A stretch of DNA of 64,000 bases from Longimicrobium sp. (GCA_036379135.1 DASUVG010000191.1:10320-74319); one strand, 5' to 3'; positions 8,014-17,974 are shown, numbered from the stretch's first letter. The notes: generated by a model from the sequence alone, not told the origin. Made by a program: numbers and translations.

Positions 8014-10307
8014 AGAACGGGGAGCGCGCCTTCCCCGAGCGCCGCGCCGCGCCGCGCGAGCCCGCGGAGCCCGTCCGCCGCAAGGGCGCCGCGGCCTGGC
8101 TGCACCACGGCCTGCGCGCCGCGGTGCTGTTCGGCGTGTCCATCGCGGTCTACCTGTGCTTTCCCGGCGCGCAGACCTCGGACGTGCCGGTGCTGGAGCA
8201 GGGGGTGGTGGCGCGCGAGGAGGTGATCGCGGAGGTGCCGTTCACCGTCCCCAAGACGCAGGAGGAGCTGCGGCGCGAGCAGGAAGAGGCGGCGCGCGGC
8301 GTTCCGCCGGTGTTCGTCTACCGCGCGGCGGCGGGTGACAGCGTGGTGGGCGGCGTGCGGCGGTTCTTCGGCACGGTGGAGGAGGGGGTGCGGACGGCGG
8401 CGCCGGGGCAGGAGCAGCTGGCCATCCGCGCGGCGCTGGACGCGGCGCGGGTGCCCACGACGCCGGGCGCCATCGAGGTGCTGGCGGACGCGTCGCGGCG
8501 CTTTCAGCTGCAGGCGGCCACGGAGCTGGCGGTGCGCGAGCAGTTTCCGCGCGGCGTGGCGGCGGCATCGCCGGAGCGCGAGGGGTTCTCGGCGGTGCAG
8601 GTGCGCGGGCTGCCGGGGGGCGAGCGGCTGATCCCGGCGGACTCGGTGTTCACGGCGGACCAGTTCTACCGCGCGGCGCAGCAGCGGCTTCCGGCGGACG
8701 CGGGGGCCGACGCGGCGGAGCTGCAGCGGCTGCTGCTGGTCCGCTGGTTCCGCCCGTCGCTGGCGCAGGACGAGCGGGAGACGGAGGCGGCGCGGGCGCG
8801 CGCCGGGGCCGCGGTGGACTCGGTGAAGGAGCGCATCCTGGCCGGGCAGCGCATCGTGGGCGCGCGCGAGCAGGTGACGGCGCGCGAGGTGGAGCGGCTG
8901 CGGGCGTACCAGTCGGCGCTGCAGGGGCGGCGGGTGGACGGGCAGGGGGCCCGCGGCGGGCTGCGCGTGCTGGGCGCGGTGCTGTTCAACGCGCTGCTGC
9001 TGATGATCGTGGGCGCGCTGCTGCGCATCGTGCGGCCGCGCATCTACGACGACACGCGCGCGGTGCTCTTTCTGGCGATGCTCGTCGTCGCCGTGGCGGG
9101 GATCGCCTCGCCGATCGCCCGCTTCGAGCTGCCGCCGGAGCTCATCCCCATCCCCTTTGCCGTGCTGATGGCGGCGGTGCTGTGGGGCGGGCGGCTGGCG
9201 CTGGTGTTCGCGCTGGTGCTGGCCCTGCTGCTGGGCGGGCAGCAGCCGTTCATCGGGCTGACGGTGCCGTTCGAGGCGGCGGTGGCGGGGGCCGCGGCGG
9301 CGTTCGGGCTGCGGCTGGCGCAGCGGCGGCTGCAGGCGTGGGGGCTGATCGCGGTGATCGCGCTGGCGTACGCGGGGGCGGTGCTCTCCGTGGGCCTGCT
9401 GCGCGCGCGGGGGATGGACGAGATCGCGCGGTCCATGCTGTGGGGCGCGGTGAACGGCACGGCGTCCACGCTGCTGGCGATCGGCTTTCTGCCGCTTGCG
9501 GAGTGGTTCACGCGGGTGACGACCAACCAGACGCTGATGGAGCTGGCGGATCCCAAGCACCCGCTCCTGCAGCGCCTGTCGCTGGAAGCGCCGGGGACGT
9601 ACGCGCACACCATCAGCGTGGCCAACCTGGCCGAGGCCGTCTGCAACGCCATCGGCGCCAACGCGCTGCTGGCGCGGGTGGGCGTGTACTACCACGACAT
9701 CGGCAAGATCACCAAGCCGCTGTACTTCATCGAGAACCAGCCGCGCGGCCGCAATCCCCACGACAAGCTGAAGCCGGCGATGAGCGCGGCGGTGGTGCGC
9801 AGCCACGTGGTGGAGGGGCTGCGGCTGGCCACGGAGTACCGGCTGCCGCAGGCGGTCAAGGACTTCATCGCGCAGCACCACGGCACGCAGCCCATCTCCT
9901 TCTTCCTGGACCAGGCGCGCGCGGCGGACCCGGGGGCCCGGCTGAACCCGGCGGACTTCGCGTACGGCGGCCCGCGGCCGCAGAGCAAGGAGGTGGCGGT
10001 GGTGATGATCGCCGACTCGGTGGAAAGCGCCTCGCGGGTGCTGCAGGACCCGTCGCCGCCGCGCATCCGCGACCTGGTGGGGCGCATCGTGGACGCCAAG
10101 ATCGCCTCCGGGCAGCTGGACGAGTCTCCCCTCACGCTGCGGGAGATCAACGTCGCCAAGGAAGTGCTCGCCAAGGTGCTGAGCGGGATGTATCATCAGC
10201 GCCTCGACTACCCGGCCCCCGCGGGGAACGGCGGCGGCTCCGACGCCGCGCCCGCCGCGGAGCCGGTGGCGGCGGCGCCCGCGCAGCAGGGGGTGGGGAA
10301 TGGATGA
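8010..10307 (+). CDS. 7TM HD/HDIG phosphohydrolase (PgpH-like)
   Basis: extracytoplasmic domain, 7 TM segments, EAPGTYAH...YYHDIGK...HHGT...ADSVE. Confidence 0.9.
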   Translation: MKNGERAFPERRAAPREPAEPVRRKGAAAWLHHGLRAAVLFGVSIAVYLCFPGAQTSDVPVLEQGVVAREEVIAEVPFTVPKTQEELRREQEEAARGVPPVFVYRAAAGDSVVGGVRRFFGTVEEGVRTAAPGQEQLAIRAALDAARVPTTPGAIEVLADASRRFQLQAATELAVREQFPRGVAAASPEREGFSAVQVRGLPGGERLIPADSVFTADQFYRAAQQRLPADAGADAAELQRLLLVRWFRPSLAQDERETEAARARAGAAVDSVKERILAGQRIVGAREQVTAREVERLRAYQSALQGRRVDGQGARGGLRVLGAVLFNALLLMIVGALLRIVRPRIYDDTRAVLFLAMLVVAVAGIASPIARFELPPELIPIPFAVLMAAVLWGGRLALVFALVLALLLGGQQPFIGLTVPFEAAVAGAAAAFGLRLAQRRLQAWGLIAVIALAYAGAVLSVGLLRARGMDEIARSMLWGAVNGTASTLLAIGFLPLAEWFTRVTTNQTLMELADPKHPLLQRLSLEAPGTYAHTISVANLAEAVCNAIGANALLARVGVYYHDIGKITKPLYFIENQPRGRNPHDKLKPAMSAAVVRSHVVEGLRLATEYRLPQAVKDFIAQHHGTQPISFFLDQARAADPGARLNPADFAYGGPRPQSKEVAVVMIADSVESASRVLQDPSPPRIRDLVGRIVDAKIASGQLDESPLTLREINVAKEVLAKVLSGMYHQRLDYPAPAGNGGGSDAAPAAEPVAAAPAQQGVGNG

Positions 10308-10752
10308 GCTGGACGTGGAGGTGAGCGTGGGCGAAGGGGTTGCCCCGCCCGTGGACGCGAGCCGGGTGGAAGCCGCGGTGCGCCACGTGCTGCGCGCGGA
10401 GGGCGTGGAGGCGGCGGAGATCTCCGTCGCGCTGGTCTCGGACGGCGAGATCGCCGCGCTGAACCAGCAGTACCTGTCGCACGAGGGGCCAACGGACGTG
10501 ATCTCGTTCGGCCTGCACGACCGCGGCGAGCCGCCGCTGGGCGACGTGTACGTGGGGGTGGACCAGGCGGCGCGGCAGGCCGCCGGGTTCGGCGCGTCCG
10601 TGGCGGAAGAGGTGCTGCGCCTGGCCGTCCACGGCACCCTGCACGTGCTGGGCTACGAGCACCCGGAGGGCGACGACCGCGCCGGGTCTCCGATGTTCGT
10701 GCGCCAGGAGGCGCTGCTCCGGGAGTTCCTGTCCGGCGGCGAGGGCGCGTGA
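10300..10752 (+). CDS. ybeY: rRNA maturation RNase YbeY
   Basis: TDVISF, LGDVY, HGTLHVLGYEH. Confidence 0.95.
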   Translation: MDELDVEVSVGEGVAPPVDASRVEAAVRHVLRAEGVEAAEISVALVSDGEIAALNQQYLSHEGPTDVISFGLHDRGEPPLGDVYVGVDQAARQAAGFGASVAEEVLRLAVHGTLHVLGYEHPEGDDRAGSPMFVRQEALLREFLSGGEGA

Positions 10753-10798
10753 GCCCGGTCCGCCCCATCCGCCCGATCCACACCCCTTTCCCGTCCGC

Positions 10799-12175
10799 AT
10801 GATGGCTGTCGCCGCGCCCGACGACGACCTGACCCCCCTGGAGCGCCTTCGCGAGCTGCTGGAGGCCGGCGACCACGCGGGGCTGCGGGCGTTCCTGGAC
10901 GAGATCTCGCACGGCTCCGACCTGGCCGACCTGCTGGAGGAGCTGGACGAGGACGACCGGCTGCAGGTGCTGCAGGTGCTGGCGCCGGAAGACCCGGCGC
11001 TGGCGGCCGAGGCGCTGGCGGAGATGGAGCCGGAGGAGCACCCGGAAGACTCGCTGGCGGCGCTGCACCCGGACGACATCGCGGCGGTGGTCGCCGAGCT
11101 GTCGGACGACGACGCGGCCGACATGATCGGCGAGATGGACCCGGCGGACCGCGACCGGGTGCTGGCCGCCCTGCCGCACGAGGACGCGGGCGACATCCGC
11201 GACCTGATGCGCTACGACGAGGAGTCGGCCGGCGGCATCATGACCACCGAGCTGGTGGTGGTGCCGGTGGACGCCACGGCGGCGCAGGCCATCGACGAGG
11301 TGCGGCGGCAGGCGCAGGAGGTGGAGAACTTTCACGGCGTGGTGTTCGTGGTTGACGCGGACGAGGTGCTGCTGGGCACCGTCTCGCTGCAGTCGCTGGT
11401 GACGGCGGACCCCGGCGCCCACGTGCGCGAGCTGGTGAGCGAGCCCGAGGCGGCGGTGCTGGCCGAGACGGACCAGGAGGAGGTGGGCCGCGTTCTCTCC
11501 CGCTACAACCTGACCATCGTGCCGGTGGTGGACAGCCACGGCCGGCTGCTGGGCGGCGTGACCTTCGACGACGTGATCGACGTCATCGAGGCCGAGACCA
11601 CCGAAGACATCCTCAAGTTCGGCGGCGTGTCGGGCGAGGAGGAGCTGCGCGGCGGATGGCTGGACGCGGTGAAGTCGCGGCTCCCCTGGCTGCTGGTGAA
11701 CCTGTGCACGGCGGCGGCGGGCGCCACGGTGGTGCTGCTGTACGAGCCCACGATCGACAAGCTCACCTACCTGGCGGTGCTGATGCCGATGGTGGCGGGG
11801 CTGGGCGGAAACAGCGGCACGCAGGCGCTGGCGGTGACCATCCGCCGCCTTTCGCTCTCTCGCGAGACCACGGAGCAGCGGTGGGGCGTGGTGGGCAAGG
11901 AGTTCCTGGTGGGGCTGGGGAACGGGCTGGTGATCGGGGGGATTGTCTCGCTGCTGGCGGCGTTCGTGGAGGGCGAGCCGCGGGTGGGGATGGTGGTGAT
12001 GATGGCGATGTGGATGAACCTGACGGTGGGCAGCTTTGCCGGCGCGTTCGTGCCGATCGTGCTGGAGCGGCTGAAGGTGGACCCGGCCGTGGCCTCGTCC
12101 ATCTTCGTGACGGCGTTCACCGACATGTGCGGCTTCTTCCTGCTTCTCGGGCTGGCGACGCGGTTCCTGCTGTAG
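10799..12175 (+). CDS. mgtE: magnesium transporter MgtE
   Basis: MgtE_N, CBS pair, RLPWL, GGNSGTQ, DPAVASSIFVTAFTD. Confidence 0.95.
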   Translation: MMAVAAPDDDLTPLERLRELLEAGDHAGLRAFLDEISHGSDLADLLEELDEDDRLQVLQVLAPEDPALAAEALAEMEPEEHPEDSLAALHPDDIAAVVAELSDDDAADMIGEMDPADRDRVLAALPHEDAGDIRDLMRYDEESAGGIMTTELVVVPVDATAAQAIDEVRRQAQEVENFHGVVFVVDADEVLLGTVSLQSLVTADPGAHVRELVSEPEAAVLAETDQEEVGRVLSRYNLTIVPVVDSHGRLLGGVTFDDVIDVIEAETTEDILKFGGVSGEEELRGGWLDAVKSRLPWLLVNLCTAAAGATVVLLYEPTIDKLTYLAVLMPMVAGLGGNSGTQALAVTIRRLSLSRETTEQRWGVVGKEFLVGLGNGLVIGGIVSLLAAFVEGEPRVGMVVMMAMWMNLTVGSFAGAFVPIVLERLKVDPAVASSIFVTAFTDMCGFFLLLGLATRFLL

Positions 12176-12204
12176 GGGGCTGTTGCTGCGACCGGCTTCT
12201 TCCC

Positions 12205-12259
12205 GGGCGGTTGAAACCGCGGCTGGAAACGCGGGAAGCCCCGCAAACGGCGTGGGGCT
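12205..12259. repeat. REP-like palindrome (GGGCGGTTGAAACCGCGGCT...)
   Basis: related copies at 41501-41551 and 37809-37895. Confidence 0.65.
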
Positions 12260-12309
12260 TCGCGTCGGATGGTTCAATGCCGTTTGGACGGAGAGATGCG
12301 GCGGCCACG

Positions 12310-12356
12310 GTCCGCGAAGGCGGACTTTGCGTTTTCCCAGCGGCGAATTCATTCGC
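12310..12356 (+). repeat. 47-bp REP-like element, family B copy 1
   Basis: GTCCGCGAAGGCGGAC hairpin + TTTGCGTTTTCCCAGC + GCGAATTCATTCGC. Confidence 0.9.
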
Positions 12357-12481
12357 TCCTGGCCAACCGCCGACGTAAAGCCGGCCGGTCCCTTCGTATC
12401 CGTTCGTCTCGTCATCCTCCCGTTCTGCGTCGCCGCGACGAGCCCCTTGAACGGCGTCCACCTTTCGGTATATCTTCGTCC

Positions 12482-14158
12482 ATGCTTTCCGAGCTGCGGA
12501 TCCGCAACTTCGCGCTGATCGACCGGCTCACCGTTCGCCTGGGGCCGGGACTGAACGTCCTGACCGGCGAGACGGGCGCGGGCAAGTCGATCATCGTGGG
12601 CGCGCTCTCGCTGCTGCTGGGCGAGCGCGCGTCCGCGGACGTGGTGCGCGCGGGCGAGGAGCGCGCCTCGGTGGAGGGCGTGTTCGACGTGGCCGGGCGC
12701 GAGGACGTGGCCCGCATCCTGGACGAGCGCGGCATCGACGCGGACGAGGACGGGGTGCTGGTCCTGAAGCGCGAGGTGGCGGTCGAGGGACGCAACCGGG
12801 CGTGGATCAACGGCTCGCCCACCACGGCCGCGGTGCTGGGCGAGCTGGGGCGCGCGCTGGTGGACCTGCACGGGCAGCACGAGCACCAGACGCTGCTGCG
12901 GCGCGACGAGCAGCGCGCCATCCTGGACGCCTACGCCGCCAACGCGCTCCTCCTGTCCCGGGTGCGCGAGGCGCACGGCGCGGCGTCGGCGCTGCGGCGC
13001 GAGATCGCGGGGCTGGACGCACGCCGGCGCGAGGCGGCGCAGCGCGCGGACTTTCTGCGCTTTCAGGCGGAGGAGATCGAGGCCGCCGCGCTGCGCTCCG
13101 GCGAAGAGGAGGAGCTGGAGGACGAGGCGCGGCGGCTGAGCCACAGCGAGGAGCTGCAGGCCCTGTCCGGCGGCCTGGCGGACGCGGTGAGCGGGTCGGA
13201 GCGCGCGCTGCTGCACGAGGTGGGGTCGCTGCGCCGGCAGATCGACCAGCTCGTCCGCATCGACCCCGCGCAGGACGAGGTGCGCGAGCTGTACGAGAGC
13301 GCGTACTACTCGCTGCAGGAGCTGGGAGAGCGGATGGAGCGCTACGCCGCGGGGATCGAGCACGACCCGCGGCGCCTGGACGAGATCCGCCGCCGGCAGG
13401 ACCTGGTCTTTCGCCTCAAGACCAAGTACGGGCAGACGCTGGACGAGGTGCTGGAGGTGGGCCGCCGGGCCCGCGCGGAGCTGGACCTGCTGGACAACGC
13501 GGAGTGGGAGCTGGGCGCGCTGCAGAAGAAGCTGGCCGCGGCCGAGGCGGAGCTGACGGCGGCCGCGGCGGAGCTGACGGCGGCGCGCGCGGTGGCGATG
13601 GAGCGGCTGACCGGCGAGGTGAGCGCGGTGCTGCCGGAGCTGGGGATGAGCGGCGGCGCGGTGTTCCGGGCGGAGCGCATCCCCCTGGCCGAGGCGGGGC
13701 CGTTCGGCGCGGAGGAGGTGGAGTTCCGCGTGTCCCTGAACCGCGGGTTCGAGCCCAGGCCGCTGTCGTACGTGGCGTCCGGGGGCGAGATGAGCCGCAT
13801 CATGCTGGCCATCAAGACCATCCTGGCCCGGCTGGACTCCGTGCCCACGCTGGTGTTCGACGAGGTGGACGCGGGGATCGGCGGGCGGGTGGCGCTGCAG
13901 GTGGGGGAGAAGATGCGCGACGTGGCCGGCACCCACCAGGTGTTCGCCATCACCCACCTGCCGCAGATCGCCAGCCGCGCGCACGTGCACCTGCTGGTGC
14001 GCAAGGGTGAGCGCGACGGCCGCACCACCACCGACGTGCTGCCGCTGGAGGCCGGCGACCGGGTGCACGAGATCGCCCGGATGCTGGGGGGCGACCCGGA
14101 GAGCGCCGTGTCGCTGGAGCACGCGCGGGAGCTGCTGGAGCGCGCGGTGGGGGTGTAG
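12482..14158 (+). CDS. recN: DNA repair protein RecN
   Basis: MLSELRIRNFALID, TGETGAGKS, HGQH, ASGGEMSR, FDEVDAGIGG, ITHLPQIA. Confidence 0.97.
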   Translation: MLSELRIRNFALIDRLTVRLGPGLNVLTGETGAGKSIIVGALSLLLGERASADVVRAGEERASVEGVFDVAGREDVARILDERGIDADEDGVLVLKREVAVEGRNRAWINGSPTTAAVLGELGRALVDLHGQHEHQTLLRRDEQRAILDAYAANALLLSRVREAHGAASALRREIAGLDARRREAAQRADFLRFQAEEIEAAALRSGEEEELEDEARRLSHSEELQALSGGLADAVSGSERALLHEVGSLRRQIDQLVRIDPAQDEVRELYESAYYSLQELGERMERYAAGIEHDPRRLDEIRRRQDLVFRLKTKYGQTLDEVLEVGRRARAELDLLDNAEWELGALQKKLAAAEAELTAAAAELTAARAVAMERLTGEVSAVLPELGMSGGAVFRAERIPLAEAGPFGAEEVEFRVSLNRGFEPRPLSYVASGGEMSRIMLAIKTILARLDSVPTLVFDEVDAGIGGRVALQVGEKMRDVAGTHQVFAITHLPQIASRAHVHLLVRKGERDGRTTTDVLPLEAGDRVHEIARMLGGDPESAVSLEHARELLERAVGV

Positions 14159-14274
14159 CCCAAGTCCAGACACGGCCTGTGCTTGCGGGCGATCAAAACC
14201 CTTGGACGGCGGTATACGTGCGTTTATATTGAAAGTCCCTCCGTAGTCCCTTCGCCCTTGATGGATCTCCCCTC

Positions 14275-15462
14275 ATGCCAGACACCGTGACGTCCAAGCC
14301 GCCAAAGCCCGTCTCCAACTGGGCGGTAGTAGCCTTCCTCGTGTACTTTGCCGCGCTCCTGCCCCTGTTCGCGTGGGGGCTCTGGAGCCTGGTCTCGAAG
14401 AACACGTTCGTAGTCCCTGGTGCTCCGCCGCTGGCCAGCTTGCCGGTAGGGGTTATCCTGCGGGATACGACCGCATTTCTGCGTGCGAATGAAGTGACGC
14501 GGCTCGTGCTTTCGCAGGGTGAGCTACTGCTGGCCGTGATGCTGGCCGGCGGGATCGGAAGCTACATCCACGGCGTAAACTCGTTCGTGACCTACGTGGG
14601 CAACCGCAGCTTCGTGAACAGCTGGATGCCATGGTACGTGCTGCGGCCGTTCATGGGCATCGGGATGGCGGTGATCTTCTACGTGGTGGTGCGCGGCGGC
14701 GTGCTGGTGATGAGCGGCGGTTCGGGCGAGGTGGATCCGTACGCCATGATGACGGTGGCGGCGCTGGCGGGGATGTTCTCCAAGCAGGCGTCGGACAAGC
14801 TGGCCGAGGTGTTCGACACGCTGTTCCGCTCGCGCGCCGACGACGAGCGCGGCGACAAGCTGGAAAGGCCGGAGCTCAAGCTGGACTCCATCACGCCCGC
14901 GCAGGTCACGGCCGGGGCGGTGGACACGGTGGTCACCGCGACGGGCGCCGGGTTCGCCAAGGACGCGGTGGTCAAGTTCGACAACGCCGACCGCACGGCG
15001 ACGTTCAAGAGCGCGACGGAGCTCTCCTTTACCCTCACGGCCGCCGACCTGGCCGCGCCGGGCGAACACACCGTCGCCGTCTTCAACCCCGCGACCGCGG
15101 GGGGCGCCACCTCCAACGAGCTGAAGCTGGCCGTGACCGCCGTCCAGGCCCCCGCGGGCGGCGGGGCGACGATCCAGCTTCCCGCCGTCATCACCGACAA
15201 CGGGGCCGGAGGGGTGGAGGTGGTGTCCGGCGCGACCGACAACGCGGCAAGGAGCGCGGCGGCGGACGAGGCGGCCGAGGGTGCCGCTGGAGGTGCCGGG
15301 GCGTCCGGTTCCGCGGCTGTCGGCGCGGGTGCGGAGGGGGCGGCCGAGGGTGCCGCTGGAGGTGCCGGGGCGTCCGGTTCCGTAGCGGTCGGCGCGGGTG
15401 CGGCCTCGGAAGGTGCCGACGCCGGTGCCACGAACGAGCACGGGCTAGGCGCGGCGGGCTGA
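14275..15462 (+). CDS. membrane protein with IPT/TIG domain and Ala/Gly-rich tail
   Basis: TM segments with the WYVLRPF motif; beta-rich ITPAQV...TGAGF...V.NP; candidate TTGGAC-17-TATATT promoter at 14202-14230. Confidence 0.8.
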   Translation: MPDTVTSKPPKPVSNWAVVAFLVYFAALLPLFAWGLWSLVSKNTFVVPGAPPLASLPVGVILRDTTAFLRANEVTRLVLSQGELLLAVMLAGGIGSYIHGVNSFVTYVGNRSFVNSWMPWYVLRPFMGIGMAVIFYVVVRGGVLVMSGGSGEVDPYAMMTVAALAGMFSKQASDKLAEVFDTLFRSRADDERGDKLERPELKLDSITPAQVTAGAVDTVVTATGAGFAKDAVVKFDNADRTATFKSATELSFTLTAADLAAPGEHTVAVFNPATAGGATSNELKLAVTAVQAPAGGGATIQLPAVITDNGAGGVEVVSGATDNAARSAAADEAAEGAAGGAGASGSAAVGAGAEGAAEGAAGGAGASGSVAVGAGAASEGADAGATNEHGLGAAG

Positions 15463-15498
15463 GCCGACCCGGCGTCCGCATCCCGATCCGCAAGACGA

Positions 15499-15591
15499 TC
15501 ACGCGGGGGGACGCGGAGGAAACGAGAGAGAGGACGTGGATGAAAGTCGTCATCCGCGTCCTCTCTTTGTTCCTCCGCGTCCCCCGCGTGA
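15499..15591. repeat. long hairpin repeat, family D copy 1
   Basis: TCACGCGG..GACGCGGAGGAAACGAGAG..GGATGA/TCATCCGCGTCC..TTCCTCCGCGTC..CCGCGTGA; copies at 18373 and 59096. Confidence 0.85.
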
Positions 15592-15642
15592 CATGAACGC
15601 CGTTCGTTTCAGGATTCCGGCGTCATCCTGCCCACAAGGCTG

Positions 15643-15895
15643 ATACCCAATCCGGCAATAGAGTGCATGATGACTTCCTGAGGGAGGTGCCGCGCTGAAC
15701 CTTGCCTCGACCGCGAACCTGGCGCGCCGACCGAAGGACGACCTCGCCCGCAGAACGAAGGGGCTGGTTCCGCGTCCCGATCCGGCCCCTGCGCAGTCGA
15801 GAGGAGGTCCTTCGGTCGCGCGCTGGAGTCAGTGCAGGCGGCAGGATCTGCGCGTGCGCTCCCTCAGGAAGTCAAATTCTTTCCCGGAATTGGTG
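15643..15895 (+). mobile_element. MITE/REPIN-like palindromic element, family A copy 1
   Basis: 16-bp inverted repeat TGACTTCCTGAGGGAG (15671-15686 and 15859-15874), inner CGACCGAAGGAC/GTCCTTCGGTCG; inverted copy at 57121-57373. Confidence 0.8.
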
Positions 15896-15923
15896 AGGGC
15901 GTGACTTCGCGGCTGCGATCGCT

Positions 15924-17675
15924 TCAATCGCTCCGGCGAGGGCGGGCTCCCGCATCCAGCTGATCCGAATCGACCCGGTCATCTCCTCCCTCCGCGGCGC
16001 GTCCCTCGTCCGTCGCGGGCGGCCGCTGCGCCGGCGTCGTGGGCCGCGCCGCGGGAGGGGATGCGGGCGGCGTCGCGGGCGTAGGGGCGGGCGGCTCGAC
16101 GACGGCCGGCGGCGGCGCATCCGTCGCCGGCGGCTGGGCGGCGGGCACGGAGTCCGGGCGGATCTGCGAAGGAAGCGTGTCGAGCGGCGCGTCCGGCGGC
16201 GGGATCACGCTGTCGGTGCCGCGGCCGGGGAGCAGCGCCCGGAAGCGGCGCGGGTCCACGAAGATGCGCCCGGTGAGCCGCACGGAGAACGCGTCCGGCG
16301 CCTGCACCGTGCCCAGCACGGCTTCGGACGCGGAGAGGGTCAGCTCGAACGGGACCGGGGCCCGGCCGCGCGCGAACGCCTGCAGGGAGGAGTAGCGGAT
16401 GCCGAGCCCCAGCGCGTGCAGCGCCCCGCCCGTGCGCCAGTCCAGGACGCTGGGGAGCACGCTGTCGCCCGCCTCGTAGCGCGTGCGGGCCTGGGCCAGC
16501 ACCGCGTACTCGCCGCTGAACGAGATCTCGTCCGTAAGCCGCCAGCGCGGCGTGACGGAGAACGCCAGGCGCGGCCCGGGGGCGCGCCGCAGCGTGTTGA
16601 GCGTGGTATCCACCGGAAACGGCTGCCCGGCGGTGAACGCCTGGCGCAGCACGTCCGCGGAAAGGAGCCAGTCGCCGCTGGCGGACACGTTCACGTACCA
16701 GCGCCGGGTGAGGAACACGTCGTTCAGCACGTCCACGCCCAGCCCCAGGTGCCCGCCCCCCGGCGGCAGCTCCGTCGCCACCCGCGTGTCGCCGCTCCCC
16801 GTGGGAAGCCGCAGCCGCACGCCCACCGTGGTCCGCAGCGAGCGGCGGACGATGGTGTCGGGAAAGGGCCAGCCCGGCGGGCCGGCGATGAGCAGGAAGC
16901 GCGCGCCGAGCTGGATGTCGCCCAGGTGGTAGGGGCGGCGGGTGGAGCCGATCCCCAGCGCCGCCGCCTCGGCGTCCGTCAGCAGCGCGCGCAGGGCGGG
17001 GCGGGCCAGCAGGTCCGCGAAGTTCACCGCGCGGGTGGGAAGCGCCAGCGTGTCGCCCTCGCCGATCTCGCGCAGCCGGCTCTGCAGCTCGATCCCCTCG
17101 TCCGACCCGGCGGTGGGGAGCAGCAGCCCGCCGCCCAGGGCGGCAAAGCGCGGATTCACCGCGGCCAGCACCGCGCGGTTGGCGATGCTGTCGGGGTTCA
17201 GCCCCAGCGTGGCGCCCGCCAGGTAGGGGCCGAACACCACCGTGCCGCTGCGCTCCAGCGGGAGGGTGGCGAACACCGTGAGCCGGTGCGTGAGCCCGTA
17301 GCGCACGGAAAAGGGAACCGACCGCACGTCACCGGCAAAGCGCAGCGACAGGGCACCGGCGCTCACCGCGTTCGGCACCACCTCCGACGAGTCGGGGTCC
17401 TGGGTGCTGGCGAACAGGTCGGCCAGCCCGGCGCTCACGGGGTCGATGCGCCCGGCCAGCAGCCGGTTGGCGAGCGCCCGGTACGGGCCAATCAGCTCCG
17501 CGCCCAGGGGCACGCCGTCCAGGCGCGTGTCCCAGCCGGTGTACGAGCCGGTGGCGCTCACTTCCAGCAGGCCGCGCGGCAGCACCCACGCCTCCGCCTC
17601 CTGCGCGGCGGCACGCGCGGGGGCCGCGGCCACAAGGGCGAGCAGGGCGCGCGCGGCCCAGGACGACAGCTTCAT
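15924..17675 (-). CDS. secreted/outer-membrane beta-barrel-like hypothetical protein
   Basis: signal peptide MKLSSWAARALLALVAAAPARAAAQ, amphipathic beta strands, Pro-rich tail. Confidence 0.7.
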   Translation of the reverse strand: MKLSSWAARALLALVAAAPARAAAQEAEAWVLPRGLLEVSATGSYTGWDTRLDGVPLGAELIGPYRALANRLLAGRIDPVSAGLADLFASTQDPDSSEVVPNAVSAGALSLRFAGDVRSVPFSVRYGLTHRLTVFATLPLERSGTVVFGPYLAGATLGLNPDSIANRAVLAAVNPRFAALGGGLLLPTAGSDEGIELQSRLREIGEGDTLALPTRAVNFADLLARPALRALLTDAEAAALGIGSTRRPYHLGDIQLGARFLLIAGPPGWPFPDTIVRRSLRTTVGVRLRLPTGSGDTRVATELPPGGGHLGLGVDVLNDVFLTRRWYVNVSASGDWLLSADVLRQAFTAGQPFPVDTTLNTLRRAPGPRLAFSVTPRWRLTDEISFSGEYAVLAQARTRYEAGDSVLPSVLDWRTGGALHALGLGIRYSSLQAFARGRAPVPFELTLSASEAVLGTVQAPDAFSVRLTGRIFVDPRRFRALLPGRGTDSVIPPPDAPLDTLPSQIRPDSVPAAQPPATDAPPPAVVEPPAPTPATPPASPPAARPTTPAQRPPATDEGRAAEGGDDRVDSDQLDAGARPRRSD

Positions 17676-17729
17676 CCGCCGTGAGTTCAGGGAACGGGGA
17701 GCGTGGAAAGACGTGCGTCTCGCGGGGGG

Positions 17730-17758
17730 AGGGTAGCGTGCGCGCGGGGCGCTGTCAA
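17730..17758 (-). promoter_or_regulatory. sigma70-like promoter for the gene at 15924-17675
   Basis: TTGACA-17nt-TACCCT on the minus strand. Confidence 0.55.
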
Positions 17759-17791
17759 ACCGCGCCGGGGCGGACAAATGCCTTGCGGGGG

Positions 17792-17820
17792 TTGACTCGC
17801 AGCCGCGGCGCCGATACATT
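17792..17820 (+). promoter_or_regulatory. sigma70-like promoter of tRNA-Cys
   Basis: TTGACT-17nt-TACATT. Confidence 0.7.
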
Positions 17821-17863
17821 CGCCGGGCGTTCGCGGCCTCTACGGGGGCCGCGAACGCGCATC

Positions 17864-17934
17864 GGCGCCGTAGCCAAGTGGTAAGGCAGAGGACTGCAAA
17901 TCCTCCACCCCCGGTTCGAATCCGGGCGGCGCCT
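17864..17934 (+). tRNA. tRNA-Cys(GCA)
   Basis: acceptor GGCGCCG/CGGCGCC, anticodon arm GAGGA-CTGCAAA-TCCTC, GGTTCGAATCC; CCA not encoded. Confidence 0.96.
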
Positions 17935-17974
17935 CTCGGCCGGGTTCGCCCCGCCGGTTCCGTCGCCCTCGGGG

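Noticed and set aside
7908..14173. Very long antisense ORFs (7908-10637, 10208-14173; likewise 4315-6888, 21499-24264, 53502-56408)
   Set aside because: Shadow frames of well-supported genes in high-GC DNA; Arg/Pro/Ala-rich with no motifs
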